54,738 bases of DNA, from contig JAHITV010000004.1 of the NCBI GenBank assembly GCA_018817315.1, positions 1 through 54,738 of the forward strand. The letters run 5' to 3'. Position 1 is the stretch's first letter. Every line of letters starts with the position of its first letter. The notes under the pieces are model-generated. The model was not told the origin of the DNA and did not search any database. It saw nothing but the letters and a program-made list of their open reading frames with translations. Below, in pieces: positions 1-9,976 of this stretch. The position numbers were made by a program, and so were the translations under genes. This stretch comes from Patescibacteria group bacterium (GTDB taxonomy: Bacteria; Patescibacteriota; Patescibacteriia; UBA1558; UBA10009).

Positions 1-140
1 ACAGGGCTATTTTGTTCGCTCTGTTGGCCCAGGTCTAACCAAAGAACAAGTCGAGAAATATATTGAGGAGCAATCCGAGGAAAGATAATTATTAGGTCAA
101 GCTCCGATGCTTGGCATCGGAGTACTCAAAGGCGCTTGAC
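1..140 (+). mobile_element. Right end of an IS200/IS605-family element (3' part of tnpA, subterminal hairpin, probable TGAC cleavage site)
   Basis: TnpA C-terminus at 2-88, CAAG at 98-101, hairpin CTCCGATGC-TTG-GCATCGGAG at 102-122, TTGAC at 136-140. A closely related hairpin precedes the tnpA start at the other window end. Confidence 0.85.
2..88 (+). CDS. tnpA: IS200/IS605 Y1 transposase TnpA, C-terminal fragment (truncated by window start)
   Basis: Manual translation QGYFVRSVGPGLTKEQVEKYIEEQSEER* matches the GYFV.SVG...YI..Q catalytic-Tyr helix of Y1 transposases. Confidence 0.9.
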   Translation, partial: QGYFVRSVGPGLTKEQVEKYIEEQSEER

Positions 141-295
141 TTTATTTTTATATTATATAATAAAGACATAGGATAGTAAATATGATGAATAGTTTACATT
201 ACATAGTGATTTTTTCTAGTATAATGGTGACATATGACACATTCACCTTTTGATAGTTATTGATTTTTTTTGGTTTTGGTATTAAAATTTAGAAT

Positions 296-1555
296 ATGCT
301 GGATATCAAATTCATTAGAGACAATAAAGATTTGGTGGTTAAGAATAACCGAAGCAGAGGTGTTAAAGTTGACATTGATAAGTTACTCAGGCTTGATGAA
401 AAAATGAAAAAAAATTTGCAGGAACTGGAAAGAAGAAGAGCTGAACATAATAAAAATTCCAAAATAAAAATAGACGATAAGCAGAAGAGATTGCAAATGA
501 GAAAATTTGTAGAAAGTATTAGACATTTAAAAGAAATAATTGTCAAACAAACAGCAGAAATTGACGAGATTTTATATCAAATACCGGGTTTAAATTCACC
601 AACTACGCCGATCGGTAAGTCAGAGGAAGATAATCAAATCGTTAAAACAGTGGGTCAACCAACTGAATTTAACTTTAAACCAAAGGACTACATGGAACTG
701 GCTGAATTGCATGATTTAATAGATACTAAGAGAGCAGCTAAAGTAAGTGGTTCTAGATTTGGTTTTTTAAAAAATCAAGCTGTAGAAATACAATTTGCTT
801 TAGTTAACTATACTTTGGACTTGCTTAAAAAAGAAGGCTTTATTCCCTTTATTACTCCAGCTTTGGTTAAAAAGGAAATAATGGAAAAAACTGGTTATGA
901 CACTTATACCAGAGGTCAGGATGCTTATTTTTTGGAAAAGGACAATCTCTATTTAGTGGGTACTGGCGAACATGCCTTAATTGCTTATCATGCAGATGAA
1001 ATATTAAGGAATAAAGATTTACCTTTAAGATATACTACCTATTCAAGTTGTTTTAGACGTGAGGCAGGCAGCTACGGTAAAGATACTAAAGGTATTTTAA
1101 GGGTACATCAATTTGATAAATTAGAAATGATCAGTTTGACCACACCAGATAAGTCCAAAGAAGAGTTTACTTTTCTTTTATCTCTTCAAGAGAAATTAGT
1201 TTTTGGTTTGGGTTTACCTTACCGTCTTTTAGAAGTGTGTACTGGAGATCTGCCTAAACCATCCTCTAAAGTTATTGATCTTGAATGTTGGCTTCCTTCA
1301 GAGAATAAATATCGCGAAACTCATTCAGTTTCTAATTGCACTGATTATCAGGCCAGGGATTTAAATATTAAATTTAAGAATCAAAAAAATAATAATGAGT
1401 ATGTCCATATTTTAAACGGAACTGCTTTTGCTATTGGTAGAATTTTGTTAGTGATTTTGGAAAATTACCAACAAGCAGATGGCAGTATTGATATTCCCAA
1501 AGTTTTAGTTGATTATATGCCAAGCAAGATAAAGAAGATATCAGTTAAAAAATAG
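296..1555 (+). CDS. serS: Serine--tRNA ligase
   Basis: MLDIKFIR start, coiled-coil arm, class II motifs FRREAGSYGKDTKGILRVHQFDK, SNCTDYQAR, LNGTAFAIGR. Confidence 0.98.
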   Translation: MLDIKFIRDNKDLVVKNNRSRGVKVDIDKLLRLDEKMKKNLQELERRRAEHNKNSKIKIDDKQKRLQMRKFVESIRHLKEIIVKQTAEIDEILYQIPGLNSPTTPIGKSEEDNQIVKTVGQPTEFNFKPKDYMELAELHDLIDTKRAAKVSGSRFGFLKNQAVEIQFALVNYTLDLLKKEGFIPFITPALVKKEIMEKTGYDTYTRGQDAYFLEKDNLYLVGTGEHALIAYHADEILRNKDLPLRYTTYSSCFRREAGSYGKDTKGILRVHQFDKLEMISLTTPDKSKEEFTFLLSLQEKLVFGLGLPYRLLEVCTGDLPKPSSKVIDLECWLPSENKYRETHSVSNCTDYQARDLNIKFKNQKNNNEYVHILNGTAFAIGRILLVILENYQQADGSIDIPKVLVDYMPSKIKKISVKK

Positions 1556-1566
1556 GAAAAAAGTCC

Positions 1567-1595
1567 TTGACTTTTTATTAAAATTGCGCTATAAT
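1567..1595 (+). promoter_or_regulatory. Sigma70-type promoter for the ORF at 1682
   Basis: TTGACT-17 bp-TATAAT. Confidence 0.75.
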
Positions 1596-1681
1596 AAGAT
1601 TGTAACTACACATTTTAAGTGTATTTTTCTTTTTAAATTTATATATAAACAAATTTAAAAAATAAAGATAAAAACAAAAAT

Positions 1682-2116
1682 ATGAAAAAAAGGCGCCAAA
1701 CTTGCCGGCGAAAAAAGCAAGGCAGTTTAAAAAATTTCTTATTTAAAAGTATAGATACGGAAAAGGTTTTGAATATAAGCACAATGATGCAGTTTAACTT
1801 AATAGCAGTGGGGTGTGTGATCGTATTTAATCTGCTTTTACTTCATCTAACAATGATGGGTAGCCCGGTCTATAAACAAGAACTTATAACTCCTACCGTT
1901 AAAAGTTTAAGTCAATCTACTATCGTAGAGGCAAGTGGTGAAATTTTGCAAAATACGACTCGGGCTTTTTCCCTGACTAATGGACCATTACTTAATACTT
2001 TTGAAGTTGTAGAATATTATGGTCAAGGCATTAATCATTATTTAACCTCAGCGATCAGCTCAACTCAGCGGTCATTAGATCTTTCGTTGTATACTTCTCT
2101 TGCTTCAACCTATTAA
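1682..2116 (+). CDS. Hypothetical protein with basic N-terminus and one predicted TM segment
   Basis: 144-aa ORF, hydrophobic stretch LIAVGCVIVFNLLLLHL, own promoter and terminator. Confidence 0.7.
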   Translation: MKKRRQTCRRKKQGSLKNFLFKSIDTEKVLNISTMMQFNLIAVGCVIVFNLLLLHLTMMGSPVYKQELITPTVKSLSQSTIVEASGEILQNTTRAFSLTNGPLLNTFEVVEYYGQGINHYLTSAISSTQRSLDLSLYTSLASTY

Positions 2117-2135
2117 TTATATAATTATAATAAAA

Positions 2136-2167
2136 CAAAAAGGCCCTAGTTTGTTAGGGTCTTTTTG
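2136..2167. terminator. Bidirectional intrinsic terminator
   Basis: CAAAAAGGCCCTA...TAGGGTCTTTTTG between convergent ORFs. Confidence 0.75.
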
Positions 2168-2184
2168 AATCTAAATAAAATTGT

Positions 2185-2319
2185 TTATACTTCTTCTTGT
2201 GTTTCTTCACTATTATCATCTTCAGCGGGCATATCAGTTGTAGGTGCATCGGTTGCAGGCATGTCAGTATCAGTTTCTTCTGTGTCTGTGCCTGGAGCGA
2301 AAGTATTATCATCTTGCAT
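2185..2319 (-). CDS. Small highly acidic protein (44 aa), below the ORF-track size cutoff
   Basis: MQDDNTFAPGTDTEETDTDMPATDAPTTDMPAEDDNSEETQEEV*. Upstream TTGACA-16-TATAAT on the minus strand (2389-2416) and a downstream terminator. Confidence 0.7.
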   Translation of the reverse strand: MQDDNTFAPGTDTEETDTDMPATDAPTTDMPAEDDNSEETQEEV

Positions 2320-2441
2320 GTGTAGAACTTTCTTATGACTCTTTATTAAAATAATGAGCCATTATTTATTAATTAATAAGTTTTTTATATTATAATTGAT
2401 TGTCAACAATTGTCAACCCCAATAATCAACCTTATAAAAAG

Positions 2442-4163
2442 TTATTCTGCTACCTTAAACACTTCCTCCACAGTGGTAATACCATCTTTGGCTTTTAAGA
2501 GACCATCTTGGACCATAGTTAACATGCCGTTTTCTACGGCAATATTTTGGATATCATATTCCGAAACCTTACCTGAAAGAATTAACTTTTCAATTTGAGA
2601 ATCCATGGTTAAAACTTCATAAATTCCTATTCGTCCTTTATAACCCAAGCCATGACATTCTTTACAACCTTGACCCCGGTAAAATTTTAGATTATGTAAA
2701 TCCTCTTTTTCTAAAGCAGCAGCTGTTTTAGGGGGGATGACAGAAAGAATATTTAATATCCTGGTCATTACATCATTATCAATTTTATCTTCCACCTTAC
2801 AATTATTACAGATTTTTCTAACTAGACGTTGACCAATCATGGCATTGAGAGCAGGTGAAAGCAGGAAGGGCTTTACTTCCATAGCTAAAAATCTAGGAAT
2901 AGCTCCAGCAGCGCTGTTGGTATGGATAGTGGAAATAACCAGATGTCCGGTTAAAGCGGCGTTGATAGCAACATTCGCAGTTTCCAGGTCGCGAATTTCA
3001 CCAACCATAATTATATCAGGATCTTGTCTTAAAACTGAACGTAGTCCCTTGGCAAAAGTATAATCTTTACTGAAATCAACCTGGCTTTGATTAATTCCTT
3101 CAAGCTTATATTCAATAGGATCCTCTAAAGTGATGATTTTAGTTTCTGCGTCATTGAGTTTGTTAAGAACAGCATAAAGAGTAGTGGTTTTACCTGAACC
3201 AGTAGGACCAGTAGTAACAATCATGCCGTTTGGTCTTTTGGTTTCGTGTAGCAGATCAACAAAGGCTTTCCCTCTAAGTCCTAAATCTTCAAATTTTAAA
3301 CCAACAGCAGAAGAACGTAGTAATCTCATAACTACACTTTCACCAAAAGAGGTGGGAATAGTGGAAACACGCACTTCAACATGGTCATTAGTTAAATGAA
3401 TAGTAAAACGACCATCCTGTGGTTTATTACTGATATTGATTTTTAAACCAGAGAGTAATTTGATTCTGGAGATTATTTTTACCCAGTTTCCATGTAGAAG
3501 TGAAGCTACAGTATGGAGTACGCCGTCAATACGAAAACGAACCTTAATATTTTTTTCTTCTGCTTCAATGTGTATATCAGAAGAATCAGTTTGTAAAGCA
3601 GAAGCTATGATCAAAGTCACTAATTCGGAAATATTGACTTCATTTACTTTTTTTTGCAACTGTTCAAAGGACTCTAATTCTTGTTGATATCTTTTTAGAG
3701 ATTCTTCAGTTATTTCAACTCCACTGGTGAATTTTTTTATTTTAGGAATCTTTTCATAAAGTTTATAGGCCAAATCAAAACTGGACTGAGAGATAAGATA
3801 AATCTCTACATTAGCATGGTAATTTTTAGCAATTTCTAAAGCTAAAGCTTTGAGTTGAGGATTTTGAGGATTAGTGGAGCCTAAACGGATTTCCTGGTTA
3901 GTGTAAAAAAAACAGATGGTATTTAAAGTTTCGGCCTGTTCTTGGGGTAAGATAGCTACGGCAATAGGTGAAACTGGAAAACCTTTTAGATTAATATAAG
4001 GAACCCCTAAATCATTAGCTTTGACTTCGGTTATTTTTTCAATATTGGTTAGATCCAGTTCCTTCATCTTGTTCTGTAATTCTTGTTTTGTTTCTTCCGG
4101 GGCAACTTTAGGGGCTCTGTTAGAAGAGGAGGGTGGAGAATTTACAAAATTAATTTTAGTCAT
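2442..4163 (-). CDS. Type IV pilus assembly / GspE-PulE family ATPase (PilB-like)
   Basis: SDIHIE, PQDGRF, Walker A GPTGSGKTT, LEDPIEY, LRQDPDIIMVGEIRD, TIHTN, Cys4 zinc motif. Confidence 0.95.
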   Translation of the reverse strand: MTKINFVNSPPSSSNRAPKVAPEETKQELQNKMKELDLTNIEKITEVKANDLGVPYINLKGFPVSPIAVAILPQEQAETLNTICFFYTNQEIRLGSTNPQNPQLKALALEIAKNYHANVEIYLISQSSFDLAYKLYEKIPKIKKFTSGVEITEESLKRYQQELESFEQLQKKVNEVNISELVTLIIASALQTDSSDIHIEAEEKNIKVRFRIDGVLHTVASLLHGNWVKIISRIKLLSGLKINISNKPQDGRFTIHLTNDHVEVRVSTIPTSFGESVVMRLLRSSAVGLKFEDLGLRGKAFVDLLHETKRPNGMIVTTGPTGSGKTTTLYAVLNKLNDAETKIITLEDPIEYKLEGINQSQVDFSKDYTFAKGLRSVLRQDPDIIMVGEIRDLETANVAINAALTGHLVISTIHTNSAAGAIPRFLAMEVKPFLLSPALNAMIGQRLVRKICNNCKVEDKIDNDVMTRILNILSVIPPKTAAALEKEDLHNLKFYRGQGCKECHGLGYKGRIGIYEVLTMDSQIEKLILSGKVSEYDIQNIAVENGMLTMVQDGLLKAKDGITTVEEVFKVAE

Positions 4164-4206
4164 AATTTATCTTATCATTTTAATTTTACTTTATTTTAAT
4201 TATTAG

Positions 4207-4240
4207 AACAACCCTGTACTGTTTATAGTACAGGGTTGTT
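4207..4240. terminator. 14-bp stem-loop, probable terminator
   Basis: AACAACCCTGTACT-gtttat-AGTACAGGGTTGTT. Confidence 0.65.
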
Positions 4241-4261
4241 ATTTATTTTCTAAAATACTAA

Positions 4262-5248
4262 TTAAGATTTCTTTTTAATTTTTTTGGGAATGGCCGCTAT
4301 CAATCTTACAAGTTTACTGTAAGATTTTTTACCGTCACTCAAGCGTAAAAATAACAATGTCCATGAGCTAAACTGAAAGGTAGCAAGTCCTGAACCGGCT
4401 ATTATAGTAATAATAACAGAAATAAATAACGGTATAGTAATTATACTCCAGAAACTATTAGGATTTTGAAAAGCGCTGATTATACCTATGAAAAAGAAAG
4501 GTGAAAATAAAAGGAAAGCAATAATTAAAATAACTAAAGCAATAAGAGAATTGATTATCAAAAGAATCAGAGCCATCTCTAAACTAACTAACCAATTAGC
4601 GGTAAAGAGCCGCCAGCCGTTTTTAAAGGATTGCCACATCTTTTGGCCTCGTAAAATTACATAAGCACTGGCATATCTGGTGACAAAGGAAATAATAATA
4701 GTTAAAGGAATAAAAATTAAGAAAGTTAAAATTACTATTAAGACATTGAGTACATAATTGCCTTTAACAAATGTCACTAAAATTAAGGGGGTTAAAATTA
4801 AAGCTAGTACTCCGTAAATGATAACTTTGGCTATAATGTAAAGGCCCAAAATTGGTCCAAATTTTTTACTGCCAACACTTAACAAGGTACTGAAATTATC
4901 TCTTTTTTCTTGAGAGGCATTGGCACTGCCTTGGATTAAGCCCCCTACCGAGGAAATAATCAACCAGACTAGTAGAGCCAAGACTGCTAGTATTACTACA
5001 ATTAATAAGCCAAATAAAAAACCTTCTCCCAAAGAAATATCAAAGTTAAGCATGGAGCTGGATAATGCGGCTTTTAAATTACTAACTGTTTCTGGTTGAT
5101 TTTGGATTTTTTTAATCTGATTGGTAAGAATTTGATACTCACCACTATTGCCTAAAAAAGAAACAAAAAATCCCAAAGGCCATAAATAAAAGTACTTTTT
5201 GGTAATATACCAAGCTTTTTTTAAAATTTGACGATATAAACTAGTCAT
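4262..5248 (-). CDS. Multi-pass integral membrane protein of unknown function
   Basis: 328 aa, about 6 hydrophobic helices, motif SFKNGWRLFTANW. Confidence 0.8.
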   Translation of the reverse strand: MTSLYRQILKKAWYITKKYFYLWPLGFFVSFLGNSGEYQILTNQIKKIQNQPETVSNLKAALSSSMLNFDISLGEGFLFGLLIVVILAVLALLVWLIISSVGGLIQGSANASQEKRDNFSTLLSVGSKKFGPILGLYIIAKVIIYGVLALILTPLILVTFVKGNYVLNVLIVILTFLIFIPLTIIISFVTRYASAYVILRGQKMWQSFKNGWRLFTANWLVSLEMALILLIINSLIALVILIIAFLLFSPFFFIGIISAFQNPNSFWSIITIPLFISVIITIIAGSGLATFQFSSWTLLFLRLSDGKKSYSKLVRLIAAIPKKIKKKS

Positions 5249-5295
5249 GGGGGTACTAGTTAATAATTATGTTTTTATCAGATAATAAGATTATA

Positions 5296-7125
5296 CTAAT
5301 TTTTTGAATTTTTGAAAAGGGCTTCAAATTCTTCTCTCTCCAAAGTTTCCTTAACCAATAATTCATTAGTTATTTTTTCCAATAGACTCCGGTTTTTAGT
5401 TAAAAGATTTTTGGCTGTTTTCTTAGCACCATTAATCAGGTTACTGATTTCTTGATCAATGATTTCGGCAATTTTTTCACTGTAGTCACGTCTTTCATGA
5501 ATTTCTTTTCCTAAGAAAATTAATTCTTCCCGTTCACCAAAAGTTCTAGGTCCTAAAAGTTCACTCATACCATATTCAGTAACTAAGCGCCGAGCAAGTT
5601 TAGTGGCTTCTTTTAAATCATTAGAAGCACCAGTGGTTACTTCTTTAAAGATTTCTTTTTCAGTAACATGACCGGCTAAAAGTACTGCCAGCTCGTCTAA
5701 AAATTCACTGAGGCTTCTTAAGTGTTTATCTTCGCTAGGTAATTTCATGGTATAACCAGCAACCCTACCTCTGGAAATAATAGAAACTTTATGAACTGGA
5801 TCAGCGTGAGGTAAAAGATGAGCAACCAAAGCATGTCCAGCTTCGTGATAAGCAGTTATCTTTTTTTCTTTTTCTGATAAAACATGACTTTTTCTTTCAG
5901 GTCCTAACATCACTTTTTCAATACTTTCAATTAACTCAGCCATACTTATTTTTTTCTTGTCATTTTTAGCCGTTAGAATAGCTGCTTCATTAAGCAGATT
6001 AGCTAAATCTGCTCCGGCAAAACCAGGAGTTCTTTGAGCAATAGTTTTCAAGTTAGTATCAGTTTCTAAAGGTTTATTTTTAGCATGAACTTCTAAAATA
6101 GCTTTACGGTCTTTAATATCAGGCAGATCAATGATTACCTGGCGATCAAAACGACCAGGTCTAAGTAAAGCAGGATCTAAAACATCGGGTCGGTTGGTAG
6201 CGGCAATGACAATAACATTAGTATCAGTTTCAAAACCATCCATTTCAGTTAGAATCTGATTAAGCGTTTGTTCTCTTTCATCATGAGAACCTCCTAAACC
6301 TGCACCACGTTGACGTCCTACAGCATCAATTTCATCAATAAAAATAATGGCCGGTGCCGCCTTTTTAGCTTTATGAAAGAGATCACGAACCCGGGAAGCA
6401 CCAACTCCCACAAACATCTCTACAAATTCTGAACCAGAGATATGAAAAAAGGGTACCTTAGCTTCACCAGCTACTGCTCTGGCTAGCAGTGTTTTACCAG
6501 TACCTGGAGGGCCTAATAATAATGTTCCTTTGGGGATTTTGGCTCCTAAAGCTAGGTATTTTTGAGGATTTTTTAAAAAGTCCACAACTTCCACTAATTC
6601 TCCTTTAGCTTCTTCGGCGCCAGCCACATCTGCAAAAGTGGTTCTGTTTTTAGTATCCTGGTTAATCATTTTAGCACTTGATTGGCTAAAGGAAAGAGCG
6701 CGGTTGTTAGCACCCTGCACTTGCCGCATCATAAACCAGATAAAAGCGGCGATAAAAATGAAAGGAATTAAAAACGGTAAAATAGCTCCCAGCCAAAGTG
6801 AAGTGGAGGAATTTTGTTTAATTTCTATTTCTGCCTTTTCTAATTTTTCTGGAGATACGGCAAAATTATTCATTAAAGTACTTAGAGATTCGGTAGTTTC
6901 CTTATAGGTTATTTTTTCCTTGTCATCATTTAAGATGATTTTTATTTTTTCCTCACTAACTTCTATTTTTTTTACCTCTTCATTATTAATAAATTCAATC
7001 AGTTTATTAATACCTATAATCTCCGGCTTTTTATTGGTTGAAGAGTTGTACAAACTAAAAAGACTGGCGATAAAAATGAAAACCAGTAAAAAGATTAGAA
7101 AATTTTTAAAAAGTGAACTTCTCAT
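5296..7125 (-). CDS. ftsH: ATP-dependent zinc metalloprotease FtsH
   Basis: Two TM helices, [35 protein letters not shown]. Confidence 0.98.
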   Translation of the reverse strand: MRSSLFKNFLIFLLVFIFIASLFSLYNSSTNKKPEIIGINKLIEFINNEEVKKIEVSEEKIKIILNDDKEKITYKETTESLSTLMNNFAVSPEKLEKAEIEIKQNSSTSLWLGAILPFLIPFIFIAAFIWFMMRQVQGANNRALSFSQSSAKMINQDTKNRTTFADVAGAEEAKGELVEVVDFLKNPQKYLALGAKIPKGTLLLGPPGTGKTLLARAVAGEAKVPFFHISGSEFVEMFVGVGASRVRDLFHKAKKAAPAIIFIDEIDAVGRQRGAGLGGSHDEREQTLNQILTEMDGFETDTNVIVIAATNRPDVLDPALLRPGRFDRQVIIDLPDIKDRKAILEVHAKNKPLETDTNLKTIAQRTPGFAGADLANLLNEAAILTAKNDKKKISMAELIESIEKVMLGPERKSHVLSEKEKKITAYHEAGHALVAHLLPHADPVHKVSIISRGRVAGYTMKLPSEDKHLRSLSEFLDELAVLLAGHVTEKEIFKEVTTGASNDLKEATKLARRLVTEYGMSELLGPRTFGEREELIFLGKEIHERRDYSEKIAEIIDQEISNLINGAKKTAKNLLTKNRSLLEKITNELLVKETLEREEFEALFKNSKN

Positions 7126-7161
7126 TATTATTGATAATTAAATTTAAAGAAAGTATTAATT

Positions 7162-7190
7162 ATTATAATATAATAAGCTTTCTCTGGCAA
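7162..7190 (-). promoter_or_regulatory. Sigma70-type promoter for ftsH
   Basis: Minus strand TTGCCA-17-TATAAT. Confidence 0.65.
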
Positions 7191-7239
7191 CAGAATTTTC
7201 TAACAAACAATTAATCCAGCTAAGAAGAATCTTATTATT

Positions 7240-8490
7240 TTATTTTTTAGTCTTATCCTCAACTTTATCTTTCTTTTCTTCTTTGACCTTATTTTTTTCA
7301 CCTTCTTTTTCAGAAGACTTAGTTTTTTCAGAGGTTTTTAAAGAAAGCCCTAAACGGTGGTTTTCTGGTTCAAGTGAAATTATCTTAAAATCATAAGTTT
7401 TTTCTTCAATTAAAACATCTTCAGGGTGATTGAGGTTTTTATCAGAAATTTCGGAAATATGGACTAAACCGTGAATATCTTTATCAAGTTCTATAAAAGC
7501 ACCGAAAGGATTAAATTTTAACACTTTGCCCTTAACTTTTTGCCCAATCTTGTATTTTTTGGAAACATCTCTCCATGGGTCTTTAATTAATTTTCTCATG
7601 GACAAAGAGATTTTTGAGTCTTCAATGGCAATAATCTCTGCTTTAATTTTATCGCCAACCTTAACAATTTGTTTAGGATTATCAATTCTTTGCCAGGCCA
7701 ATTCTGAAATATGGATTAAACCTTCTAATTTGTCTCCAAATTCCACAAAAGCACCAAAGTCAACAACGCCAGTAATTTTTCCCTCTATAACATCGCCAAC
7801 TTTATATTTCTGTAATATATGAATTTGCTTTTCTTCAACAGCGGCTTTTTCCGAAACAATTAGCTTTTCTTCATTCTCATTAACATCAATAATTTTGACT
7901 TTAAATTTTTGGTCAATGAATTTTTTTAAAGCAACTAATATTTTATTTTTATCACCACCTTCAACCCGGGGATAATGTTCAGTGGTTAACTGGGAAACAG
8001 GCAAGAATCCCATTACATTTCCTACCTTTATCATTAGTCCGCCTTTATTAGCATCAATAATACTGGCTTTGCATAATTCCTGATTTTTTAGTAAATTTTG
8101 CAGCTGATCCCAAGCTTTTTGATGGCCAGCGTATCTAAAAGAAAGCTCCATTTTGCCTTCTTCATTTTCTAATTCTAAAACAGTGGCAAAAACCTTATCT
8201 CCCACTTTTATTTTGGAATATTCTCCTGATTCATCCCATATTTCTTTGCCTCTAACTACGCCGCTGGTTAATCCTTCAATATCCAGATGAACTTCATTTT
8301 TGGAAACACTTAAAACTATTCCTTCTACTAATTCTCCAATTTTGGGGATTGGTTTTGCTAAACTTTGACTTAGCAAAACTTCCATAGGATGATTTTTGTC
8401 TTTTTTCTTGGTTTTGGCAAGATTTTTAGCTACTTGAGCTTTTTTATCGGTAGGTTTATCATTCACCGAGACTGAAATGTCAGTTTTCAT
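7240..8490 (-). CDS. rpsA: 30S ribosomal protein S1 (4 S1 domains)
   Basis: Repeated S1 motifs (DFGAFVEF..EGLIHISEL, PFGAFIEL..HGLVHISEI, GFLPVSQL). Confidence 0.93.
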   Translation of the reverse strand: MKTDISVSVNDKPTDKKAQVAKNLAKTKKKDKNHPMEVLLSQSLAKPIPKIGELVEGIVLSVSKNEVHLDIEGLTSGVVRGKEIWDESGEYSKIKVGDKVFATVLELENEEGKMELSFRYAGHQKAWDQLQNLLKNQELCKASIIDANKGGLMIKVGNVMGFLPVSQLTTEHYPRVEGGDKNKILVALKKFIDQKFKVKIIDVNENEEKLIVSEKAAVEEKQIHILQKYKVGDVIEGKITGVVDFGAFVEFGDKLEGLIHISELAWQRIDNPKQIVKVGDKIKAEIIAIEDSKISLSMRKLIKDPWRDVSKKYKIGQKVKGKVLKFNPFGAFIELDKDIHGLVHISEISDKNLNHPEDVLIEEKTYDFKIISLEPENHRLGLSLKTSEKTKSSEKEGEKNKVKEEKKDKVEDKTKK

Positions 8491-8623
8491 TTAATTAATA
8501 ATTAGTTTAACCCCTCTAAAGATTTAGAGAAGTCCCTTATTGACTCTGAATATTTTAGTATCTTTTGAGTTGATTAGGAATCAAAAAACTTTAAAATAAG
8601 GGAATAAATTATGAGTCTTGGCT

Positions 8624-8652
8624 ATTATAGCTGAAAACAGTTACTTTGGCAA
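8624..8652 (-). promoter_or_regulatory. Sigma70-type promoter for rpsA
   Basis: Minus strand TTGCCA-17-TATAAT, about 130 nt upstream of the start codon. Confidence 0.65.
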
Positions 8653-8689
8653 GGGTTTTTATGATATAGTATATGGGTAGAAAAAACTT

Positions 8690-9283
8690 ATGTTTAAAAA
8701 ATTTACTCCTAAAGTAGGTAAAATATCCTTTCAGAAAGTTGCTCAGAAATCAGGTATTAAAGGCCTTGCCAATAAACAGTTCAGAAAACAGGCAATGGAA
8801 GCTTTGCATAAAGCCGGTTATGGTAAAACAGATGCTCAAAGTATTGTTAGTGGCCATAAAAAAATGAGCGTAGGCGGTATGAAGGATGTTTTTCATGCCT
8901 TAAAAAAAGAAAAAGTTATAAAAAAGGATGCTTCAACTACAGTTTCTTCTTTTGTTAAAGCTGAAAAAGCTCGTCAAAGCAGGATTTATCATGCTAGGAC
9001 AGCTCTAAGATCACAGGAAATAGAAGCAGAAAAGGAAAAAGAACAGAAAACTACTTCCAAAGGAGAACAAACTCCAAAATCAGAACAGAACAACCGACCT
9101 CCTATTAGCTTTTCTTCTTTAGTATCTGTAAGTAATGCAAAAAGCTCAACTATTAATAATACTCAAGTTAAGTCAGGGTCTAAAGGCCAATCTTTATCTA
9201 CTAATTCAGTCAAACCCGGGCCAGATAAGAAAATCAAGGAATTATTGGAAGAGGCAGAAGAGCATGATTTACCAATTGATTAA
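8690..9283 (+). CDS. Hypothetical basic protein with low-complexity C-terminus
   Basis: 197-aa ORF, Lys-rich N-half, Ser/Gln-rich linker, acidic DLPID tail. Confidence 0.75.
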   Translation: MFKKFTPKVGKISFQKVAQKSGIKGLANKQFRKQAMEALHKAGYGKTDAQSIVSGHKKMSVGGMKDVFHALKKEKVIKKDASTTVSSFVKAEKARQSRIYHARTALRSQEIEAEKEKEQKTTSKGEQTPKSEQNNRPPISFSSLVSVSNAKSSTINNTQVKSGSKGQSLSTNSVKPGPDKKIKELLEEAEEHDLPID

Positions 9284-9360
9284 GCAGTAAAGTAATATTT
9301 ACAAATTTTGTTTTTAATGCTAAATTTAGGTTAGAAACCTTATTTTTTTTCGTTTAAATT

Positions 9361-9975
9361 ATGACTATTATTTATTATGGTTTAACCTGCTTTCGTTTCC
9401 AAAATAATGGTTTGTCTCTATTAATTGATCCTTTAGGTAGGGACAGCGGATTGAATCCACCAAGAATGCAAAATGATCTTGTTTTATTAAGCCGGGGTTC
9501 CAAAAACAAAGATTATTCTTCTAATACTTTTGCTATAACTTGTCCCGGTGAATATGAACTTAAGGGTTGTTTTGTTTATGGTATACCAGTAACCGAGACA
9601 GAAAAAGAAGATAAGCTGATGTTTTTAATAGAATTGGAAGGTATAAAAATTGCTTATCTTGGTTTATTAAAAAATCCTAAATTAACTGATACACAATTGG
9701 AAAAATTAGAAGGCGCAGATATTTTAATACTCCCTGTAGGCGGTGGAGATTCCTTAAACGAAAAACAGGCCGTAGAAACAGCCAATCAACTGGAACCAAG
9801 ACTTATTATTCCCATGTATTATCAGATACCAAAAATAAAATTAAAACTGGAACCTTTGGATAAATTTAAAAAAGAGATTGCTATTAAATCCGAGATAGTT
9901 GATAAATTAAAAATAACCAAGAGAGAATTACCCCAAGAGGAAACACGTCTGGTAATAATTAATCCTTTGTTATAA
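9361..9975 (+). CDS. MBL-fold (beta-lactamase-like) protein lacking the HxHxDH motif
   Basis: YYGLTCFR..LLIDP, PGEYELKG, DILILPVGGG, LEPRLIIPMYY. Confidence 0.85.
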   Translation: MTIIYYGLTCFRFQNNGLSLLIDPLGRDSGLNPPRMQNDLVLLSRGSKNKDYSSNTFAITCPGEYELKGCFVYGIPVTETEKEDKLMFLIELEGIKIAYLGLLKNPKLTDTQLEKLEGADILILPVGGGDSLNEKQAVETANQLEPRLIIPMYYQIPKIKLKLEPLDKFKKEIAIKSEIVDKLKITKRELPQEETRLVIINPLL

Positions 9976-9976
9976 T

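Noticed and set aside
136-161. TTGACT..TATAAT promoter at the IS right junction
   Set aside because: The spacer is only 14 bp, so it is not called as a promoter.
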